Shown here piece by piece: positions 57,990-64,000 of a stretch of 64,000 nucleotides of DNA (positions within the stretch are counted from its first letter, which is position 1; each line of letters begins with the position of its first letter). Made by a program: the position numbers and the translations under genes. The DNA lies in the IMG/VR virus record IMGVR_UViG_3300029913_000001; one strand, written 5' to 3'. This DNA is from a virus. Its lineage: Duplodnaviria > Caudoviricetes. Below the pieces are notes generated by a model. The model saw nothing but the letters and a program-made list of their open reading frames with translations. It made no database searches and was not told the DNA's origin.

Positions 57990-58163
57990 ATGGCATCGAA
58001 AGCAGCAGAAAAACAACCCGATTTAAATGAGATGGTCAATGAATGGGTCGGCAGACTTTGTATCGCAATTGGCAAGGGCAACTTCCGTGACGAGGTTTCT
58101 CTCATGTTGCAATACGGAATGAACATTGGTTATGATCAGGGCCAACGTCACCCAAAAAAGTAA
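57990..58163 (+). CDS. Small early hypothetical protein
   Basis: GGAGG Shine-Dalgarno before ATG 57990. Confidence 0.6.
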   Translation: MASKAAEKQPDLNEMVNEWVGRLCIAIGKGNFRDEVSLMLQYGMNIGYDQGQRHPKK

Positions 58164-58194
58164 TCGGGTTTTCAACCTTTTTTCGGAGAAAAAT

Positions 58195-58353
58195 ATGAAT
58201 TTTTCGGCATGGCTTGTGGTAGCGTCAACGTTGTTTTTTCAGGACCAAAATAAGAAGCCCAGCATTAATTCCGAGCAATATGCGGATGCGCTTCGAAATT
58301 ATTGGGATGGTATTACCGCCGAACATCAATCTCTGTTGTGGAGAAATGCATGA
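58195..58353 (+). CDS. Small early hypothetical protein
   Basis: GGAG Shine-Dalgarno before ATG 58195. Confidence 0.5.
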   Translation: MNFSAWLVVASTLFFQDQNKKPSINSEQYADALRNYWDGITAEHQSLLWRNA

Positions 58354-58529
58354 TTGCAAAGCCGAATACTGTTGTTGGTGAGTTAGCCATTTGCTCCAAT
58401 TGTGGGCGTGGATTGCACTGGATAGAAAAATATCGAATCTGGGTTCATCTGAGCAATGATAGCCATTATTGCACTCGGGAACCGTACAATTTTGAACCCG
58501 AAATATCTAGCAGCGAGGAGGCAGAGTGA
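58350..58529 (+). CDS. Small hypothetical protein (CxxC...H...C)
   Basis: ATGA coupling to the previous gene. Confidence 0.5.
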   Translation: MIAKPNTVVGELAICSNCGRGLHWIEKYRIWVHLSNDSHYCTREPYNFEPEISSSEEAE

Positions 58530-58714
58530 AGGAATTTACAGATACCGAACGGCTTGACTGGGTGATGAACCATACGGGAGCGGAATGGGATTTCACATGG
58601 CAAACTGAAAACCATTGGATTCGATATTTTTCAGAAAGTTATTGGCATGTCGCAGAGGGAAAAAACTATCGAGAATGTATTGATAGTATTTTAAGAGGCG
58701 AAGTAAAAAATTAA
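58526..58714 (+). CDS. Small hypothetical protein
   Basis: GAGGAGG Shine-Dalgarno; GTGA overlap; D.ERLDW motif. Confidence 0.6.
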   Translation: MKEFTDTERLDWVMNHTGAEWDFTWQTENHWIRYFSESYWHVAEGKNYRECIDSILRGEVKN

Positions 58715-58734
58715 ATTTTTAAATATCTTATAGC

Positions 58735-58766
58735 AAAAAGCCCACATTTTAAAATGTGGGCTTTTT
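58735..58766. terminator. Bidirectional terminator (perfect palindrome)
   Basis: AAAAAGCCCACATTTT|AAAATGTGGGCTTTTT between convergent genes. Confidence 0.88.
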
Positions 58767-58768
58767 CG

Positions 58769-59422
58769 TTATGAATGACTGATTCCAGGAATGCATTGCG
58801 CTTTAAAAAATTCTCGTTCGTCATTAGCTATCGAGCTGTCTTCATACCAAGGAAGATGTTCAATTACATAGGGAAAATCTAACCTTACATGCCCGGCAGG
58901 CGGCCACTTTGCCCAGCCTGGCTCATACATTGCAAATGTAGTGTCTATTGCAGCACGCCAACAATCGCCTTCTTTAGTTCGAGTATCCCAATACTTACCT
59001 TCACTAATTAGCATTTCTTGTTTCTTTGCATAATGCGCAGGAAGATTATCGATTCGAATAGCCGGTCCAACTTTAATAGGAGCATATCTATCGGCAACTT
59101 CGTTCATTTTCCTTACTAAATCTTTCGGACAATTTGCATCGGGGACAACATCGGGATCGGTAACAATATAACGAGAAGTTTGAATCGGAGACAACCCTAA
59201 ATGCCAAAATGCATCTTGACCCAAATTTTTCTTTCGATTCAAAACCAATAAATTACTTTCATCATAATATTTCAATAAGGGTTCCCAGGTCGATGCATTG
59301 TCAATCACTGCAATTTGAGTCATTCCCGCCGAATGCAACCAATCAACCAATTTTCGAAACCCACGTTCTAAATTATTAAAATTTGTAATATAAATAGGAG
59401 TTGCTTTCCAATCAGTTATCAT
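58769..59422 (-). CDS. Glycosyltransferase family 2-like protein
   Basis: IDNAST, VTDPD (DxD), IDTTFA motifs. Confidence 0.8.
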   Translation of the reverse strand: MITDWKATPIYITNFNNLERGFRKLVDWLHSAGMTQIAVIDNASTWEPLLKYYDESNLLVLNRKKNLGQDAFWHLGLSPIQTSRYIVTDPDVVPDANCPKDLVRKMNEVADRYAPIKVGPAIRIDNLPAHYAKKQEMLISEGKYWDTRTKEGDCWRAAIDTTFAMYEPGWAKWPPAGHVRLDFPYVIEHLPWYEDSSIANDEREFFKAQCIPGISHS

Positions 59423-59910
59423 TCACTTTCCTCAGTATATTCGAACTCTAAATCAAGCTTTTCTACTACAAAGTCATCTAATTTAATTTTAAAATCAGGT
59501 AACGTTTTAGGAATATCTCCCTCATAATTTTTAGCAACAGAAATATGAGGAATATATTCCGCAAAATCATATGTTGCACCCATATCTTTGGATGCATTAA
59601 AAATAGTTGTCAGCTCCGAATCTTCTAATTTTAGAACTAGCAAATGATCTTTCCCAAAAATTTCCCAACCGATAGGATTAACATTAATAGGAACTTCTGG
59701 ATTAAGATTGGCTAGCTCTGGCACTGGCTTACGAGAATAAACAATAGTTACATGATATTCGCTAGGATCCACCAAATTCTCAAAATTCTTCTCTTTTAAC
59801 CAAGCCGATAATTTATTACGAGACTTATCGGATAATGTCATCTTAGCATAGGTACCCGACGTGGGTTCTTTCTGTTCCTCTTCCATTAAAAAATCACTAA
59901 ACAATTTCAT
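59419..59910 (-). CDS. acb1: 2H phosphoesterase, Acb1/T4 gp57B-like (putative anti-CBASS nuclease)
   Basis: GTYA, HVTIVYS and YIPHISV double HxT/S motifs. Confidence 0.75.
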   Translation of the reverse strand: MKLFSDFLMEEEQKEPTSGTYAKMTLSDKSRNKLSAWLKEKNFENLVDPSEYHVTIVYSRKPVPELANLNPEVPINVNPIGWEIFGKDHLLVLKLEDSELTTIFNASKDMGATYDFAEYIPHISVAKNYEGDIPKTLPDFKIKLDDFVVEKLDLEFEYTEESE

Positions 59911-59915
59911 ATTCG

Positions 59916-60284
59916 TTATACGTATCCTCTTGCAAAATTTTCGATATCATCCTGAAATTTAAAAAGCAAAGCAATCTGTTCATCAGCAATATATAAAATC
60001 GAATCTGTTGATTTTCCGTAAAAATAATGAGGGGAAGGCATTCGAGTTAACCCGATAAGAAGAGCGGCGGTCCATGTAATACCTAGCGGTATACTAAATT
60101 CGTAAAAGGAAATTTTGGCTTCGCGAAAACGTTCAAATCCTTTTTCACTTAATCGCATACTACTATTATTTCCAATACGATGCCACCAAAATTTATCTTC
60201 GCCATATGGCAATTCGATGCCAGTACGGCGCAAATATCCACGATATACTTTAGCAGTCCATTCGTCTTTTGTTAATAAACTCAT
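59916..60284 (-). CDS. Hypothetical protein
   Basis: Intact co-oriented ORF with ATGA coupling. Confidence 0.6.
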   Translation of the reverse strand: MSLLTKDEWTAKVYRGYLRRTGIELPYGEDKFWWHRIGNNSSMRLSEKGFERFREAKISFYEFSIPLGITWTAALLIGLTRMPSPHYFYGKSTDSILYIADEQIALLFKFQDDIENFARGYV

Positions 60285-61312
60285 AGTGATAAAGTTAATC
60301 CTACGTTAGGAGAGTATCCAATATAAGATACTGGTATTCCAAATCTATGCTCTATGTCCCAAATAAAAAATTTAGTTTTATCTGTTAAATCATCAAACCT
60401 TTTTGCATTAATATTCTCACAATCTAAATAATCAACAAAATTAATAGCTAATTTGGTTGGCCGATTAATTTCAATTGCTCTCTTTAATAATTCATAGTCA
60501 AATCGACCGACTCTTCTTAATTTTTTAGTAACCGTTGTATATTCCTTGATTGAATGAGAATACCCACTTTCCTCCTGTAGCGTTTCCCAATCAATTTCAT
60601 TATATAATGGCACAGCCTGCTGACCGGCTACTCTGATTGGAAAGGTTCGAAGTACCATAACTATTTCATTTACCAATAAAGGACTAATTCCGCATTCACT
60701 GATGCATCCCGACGCAGAAGTATCTCTAGAAGTTGCTTTAGGATAAAATCCGCCGTGATAAAGTGAGAGCCCAAATCCTTGGGTGCCTTCTACCAGAATA
60801 TTTTTACCATCATCGATACCTGTATTTATTTCCTTCGATGCATCAACTATAAAAGATTTAATTTCAGGAATATCTTTTGCTAATATAATATCATTACCAC
60901 GAAGAATCTTACGAGATACCGCCGCGCCAACGCCACATAATGTCGAACTAATATTAGTTCGCATATTAAGGTCATTTTCATCTCTAATATCTTGAGGCTG
61001 AATTATCATAGCATTTGCGTCGATACCAACTCGTTCTGGTCCTAATTTTAATAAATTTAATTCGGCTACCAGAACATCGATATCAATTAAACCTCCGGAC
61101 GGAATTAGCAATCTAGAGTTTAACCTAAGAATTCCGCTAGGTATTTGTCGAAGCACATGATTTACTCCATAATTATCGGTAAAACAATGTCCCGAATTTG
61201 GGCCGCCGCACCTAACACATATATCGATATTTTCTTTTTGCGTTATGAAAGAAGAAATTTTACCTTTTCCTTCAGAGCCAAACTGACCGCCAACAACTAC
61301 CCAAACGCCCAT
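60281..61312 (-). CDS. purZ: PurZ0-like 2-amino-deoxyadenylosuccinate synthetase (short PurA-family paralog, 343 aa)
   Basis: GGQFGSEGKGK (Ser at the PurA catalytic Asp), GGPNSGH, EGTQG, TSRD, FPIRVAG, TTVTKKLRR, NFVDYL; start refined by AGGAG Shine-Dalgarno. Confidence 0.8.
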   Translation of the reverse strand: MGVWVVVGGQFGSEGKGKISSFITQKENIDICVRCGGPNSGHCFTDNYGVNHVLRQIPSGILRLNSRLLIPSGGLIDIDVLVAELNLLKLGPERVGIDANAMIIQPQDIRDENDLNMRTNISSTLCGVGAAVSRKILRGNDIILAKDIPEIKSFIVDASKEINTGIDDGKNILVEGTQGFGLSLYHGGFYPKATSRDTSASGCISECGISPLLVNEIVMVLRTFPIRVAGQQAVPLYNEIDWETLQEESGYSHSIKEYTTVTKKLRRVGRFDYELLKRAIEINRPTKLAINFVDYLDCENINAKRFDDLTDKTKFFIWDIEHRFGIPVSYIGYSPNVGLTLSL

Positions 61313-61313
61313 A

Positions 61314-62306
61314 TTAACTCCTAGGAAAAGCCGTTCCAAGCAACTGAGAAAAATAATTTGCCTGGTCACTAATTTTATTTAACTCATACTTCCCACAGAA
61401 TTTTAAAAAGTGAAATCCTAGCTGAGGGACCGACTTTGGTTCACACGCATCGGCTATTGTTTCAGAAATTACCGTACATATTTCATCCGGTTGTTTAGAC
61501 AAATCAACTAATCCCACATTACGGTTGTAATCATCTAACACTCGATGCTCTAGGCCCTCATGATCTGTCCAACGAGTTAACATAAAAGCATTCCAAGAAA
61601 ATCCCTGTCTATTTCGATCATCAAACGCTTCTTGCATACCCACTTTATTCTTTGATCCTTTTTTACGAGCTCCCGGGTAGGCGGCGAATACATTATCTGT
61701 TACGCAACCACGCACCGCTTTCTCAAATACAGACCAGTGTGGGTCATCTGGCATTTTTGGAGAGCCGGTTTTTTTATCTTTTACAGGATTATTTTTATAA
61801 TCAAAAATACCGTTAAGTGTAATAGTTTGATCCATAATACCATCATACATTGTAACATTGTCGGCGAGTAGCTGAACAAAATCTTTATCCGAACTTACAA
61901 CAATATGGGCATCATCAGGATGGGACTGAATAAATCCAGCTACCAAATCATCGGCTTCTAAAATGGGATTATATAAAACAGTGCAATTGGTACGCTCAGT
62001 TATAAACTTTTGAAAATCGGAAAACGCCGAATAAAAAATAGTGTCTAATTCTTGCTGTGCCGGCGTCGCTAGCGCTCTTTTTTCCGCGCGATTTCTTTTA
62101 TATGGAGCGTAAACCGATTTCCTCCACGATTTTCCATCAAATGCAAAAATTATATGGTCGGCTTTCTGCACTCGCCATAACTTTCCCAAACTTGCGAAAA
62201 TAATATGCAGACACATACCGGCAATTTCGTCAGGTGTTCCTTTAACCGTGTACTTGGACCGGTTAAATAAATGGGATGCGTCAACAATTAAAAATGTATT
62301 CTTCAT
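61314..62306 (-). CDS. rnh: RNase H / 5'-3' flap exonuclease (T4 rnh-like)
   Basis: IVDAS, FDG.SWRK, YK.NR, EADD, SSDKDF.QL, TDN motifs. Confidence 0.92.
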   Translation of the reverse strand: MKNTFLIVDASHLFNRSKYTVKGTPDEIAGMCLHIIFASLGKLWRVQKADHIIFAFDGKSWRKSVYAPYKRNRAEKRALATPAQQELDTIFYSAFSDFQKFITERTNCTVLYNPILEADDLVAGFIQSHPDDAHIVVSSDKDFVQLLADNVTMYDGIMDQTITLNGIFDYKNNPVKDKKTGSPKMPDDPHWSVFEKAVRGCVTDNVFAAYPGARKKGSKNKVGMQEAFDDRNRQGFSWNAFMLTRWTDHEGLEHRVLDDYNRNVGLVDLSKQPDEICTVISETIADACEPKSVPQLGFHFLKFCGKYELNKISDQANYFSQLLGTAFPRS

Positions 62307-62309
62307 TAG

Positions 62310-62795
62310 TTAGTCCTTATCTTCATAATCACCATAATACTTTTTTGCAAGACGAGCTAAAATAATAAGGGCTTGATCAAATGTGGCCGCGCCGCAATCA
62401 AGACGAATATCATGAATATGCTGCAAACATGGTTTTTCGCGACAGCCTTGCTCCCAACATTCTGCTGTCGTCCATTCCATCGGACCAAATTCTAACCAAC
62501 ATTCAACATTCTTATTAAGAGATTTATCCTTATTAACAACTCGGGAATCATCTACTTTAGTATAATGAATATCGAAATTTTCTTGAATAGAATGATGGAA
62601 AACTCGATCAAATCGTTCCTGATATAATTTCGTGCCATCTGCTTTTTCAAACGCAACATATCTATTATCGCTACGAAGCCCAAGATCCTTGACTCCAATA
62701 AGAACATCCGAACGGTATTCAACCATAAATTTCGGATGTTTGTGAAGAAACCAATATGCATCGTACGAATTTTTAATGATGTGCTTTTTACTCAT
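62310..62795 (-). CDS. Hypothetical protein
   Basis: Intact co-oriented ORF. Confidence 0.6.
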   Translation of the reverse strand: MSKKHIIKNSYDAYWFLHKHPKFMVEYRSDVLIGVKDLGLRSDNRYVAFEKADGTKLYQERFDRVFHHSIQENFDIHYTKVDDSRVVNKDKSLNKNVECWLEFGPMEWTTAECWEQGCREKPCLQHIHDIRLDCGAATFDQALIILARLAKKYYGDYEDKD

Positions 62796-62826
62796 AAAAT
62801 TATTATATACTTTCTAACTTTAAAAT

Positions 62827-63198
62827 TCAATAATTTTCTGATCTACCATTCTCTATTAATTTCTTTTTTATCATTCGACGTTTATCAGGATCGGCAATTT
62901 CTTGTTCAAATTCATCTGTGAACATGCTGTAACTTATCTGTCGAAACCAAGAATCAACCATTTCTTGATCGTTATGTCCTCGATATCCATATTTAATTAA
63001 TCGAGCGATAAAAATGTCATTCCAATCCAACTCAAAAGACCCCTCAGATAAATTATCCGGGTCTATGTCGAAATGAACAATTCCAACCCAGGGTTCTTTC
63101 GCAGCGGTTGCAGCATTTTTTTCGGCTAATAAATCTTTTGATAATTTCGCAGACCTATGTTTCTTAAATATTTTTCTTAACTTCGCACGTATTGACAT
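62827..63198 (-). CDS. Hypothetical protein
   Basis: EPWV...FELDWN..FI motif; co-oriented. Confidence 0.65.
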   Translation of the reverse strand: MSIRAKLRKIFKKHRSAKLSKDLLAEKNAATAAKEPWVGIVHFDIDPDNLSEGSFELDWNDIFIARLIKYGYRGHNDQEMVDSWFRQISYSMFTDEFEQEIADPDKRRMIKKKLIENGRSENY

Positions 63199-63200
63199 TT

Positions 63201-64000
63201 CTAACTACCCCATACATTTTTCCAGAGTTCAACCTGGAGTCTCGGTGAATATCTATACCCATTTGTGATCGCCAATTCAGCAACTCTTTTATTTGTTAAA
63301 TTATACGTTTCGGTGGTTCCCCCGACTGGCATGACATACACCGAACCGGTAAACCCAGCATCTCGATATTCTTTCACCGCTAATTTTGCATCGTCGAAAT
63401 CTTCTTCGGTCCCGACAACAAACTTCAAATATGTTCTACTACCAGGAATCATTGTATATCCTATAACTACCTTAGGTTTAATAGATGACTCCCAGGTTTC
63501 ACCTGAGCAAGGCAATTTTGCGCTAACCGAAAAAGTAGTTTCTAACTTGCTATTATTAAAGTGCCGACAAAGAGCCATTCTTAGTTCACTAGTAATTTCC
63601 ATCGTACCATTCGTTTCAAAAGTGAGATGTGTTAAGCCCATATCGCGTTTAACAAATTCATCTAACAATTCTGGGTATTGTTTTTGCCAGGCCAATAATG
63701 GTTCTCCACCAGTTAAAATTAAATGGCAATCCTGATTAAATTTCCCGTTATGCAATAATAGCTGAATACGATCTGCAATTTGTGATATCGTTTGTTCTGG
63801 ACTAAAATCCTTAAATCGTGGATCCCACGACATATAGGAATCGCAGCCTGTAGAAACCAATGGAGCATCTTCATATTTTGTCAATTGTTCGGGTAAAATT
63901 GTAAAGCGTTCTACACTTTTTTCGCCGCGCGGCATTGAGAAGCCTTCGCACTTTTTATTGCAGCCAAATACCCTTAGAAAAATTGAAGGAACCCCCTGAT
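63201..64000 (-). CDS. queE: 7-carboxy-7-deazaguanine synthase QueE (radical SAM), 5'-truncated by the window edge
   Basis: Frame stays open upstream of 63935: GVPSIFLRVFGCNKKCEGF...GCDSY; TGGEP, FETNG, SAKL, LKFV, YVMP, SPRLQ motifs. Confidence 0.88.
   Translation of the reverse strand, partial: QGVPSIFLRVFGCNKKCEGFSMPRGEKSVERFTILPEQLTKYEDAPLVSTGCDSYMSWDPRFKDFSPEQTISQIADRIQLLLHNGKFNQDCHLILTGGEPLLAWQKQYPELLDEFVKRDMGLTHLTFETNGTMEITSELRMALCRHFNNSKLETTFSVSAKLPCSGETWESSIKPKVVIGYTMIPGSRTYLKFVVGTEEDFDDAKLAVKEYRDAGFTGSVYVMPVGGTTETYNLTNKRVAELAITNGYRYSPRLQVELWKNVWGS

Noticed and set aside
60281-61312. Ordinary purA auxiliary metabolic gene
   Set aside because: The catalytic Asp is replaced by Ser and the other motifs match PurZ-type enzymes; only a low-probability alternative pending an enzyme assay.
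1-64000. Stop-codon reassignment, as in some large phages
   Set aside because: Code 11 gives full-length core genes at high coding density, and TAG and TGA both end genes at sensible positions.
1-64000. tRNA or rRNA genes
   Set aside because: No cloverleaf or T-loop signature was recognised in the short intergenic gaps; tRNAscan-SE would be needed to exclude them formally.

Overview
This window is the replication and morphogenesis core of a large, AT-rich, T4-related myovirus (standard code 11, gene-dense, no tRNA, rRNA or CRISPR seen). It holds uvsX, gp32 SSB, terminase, neck, tail and baseplate genes, the portal/protease/scaffold/major capsid genes, a tape measure gene, an early AAA+/VWA module, RNase H and QueE. 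T4-type late promoters (ATAAATA/TATAAATA) and sigma70-type early promoters are readable. Main points of interest: (1) a PurZ0-type aminodeoxyadenylosuccinate synthetase (GSEGKG, with Ser where PurA has Asp) about 1.9 kb from queE, suggesting a 2-aminoadenine genome possibly combined with 7-deazaguanine chemistry; (2) terL fractured at the Walker A motif by an atypically split intein with a degenerate endonuclease gene between the halves; (3) an apparent capsid-packaged cargo system with two families of N-terminal leaders, an array of MNLLEEIQNY-leader cassettes, five to six ADP-ribosyltransferase-like paralogs, 2H phosphoesterases, GNATs and a 971-aa zinc-finger protein punctuated by protease-like sites; (4) five late genes with a fixed 5-nt promoter-to-ATG spacing, suggesting leaderless mRNAs. 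All family assignments come from motif recognition by eye; no database searches were run.
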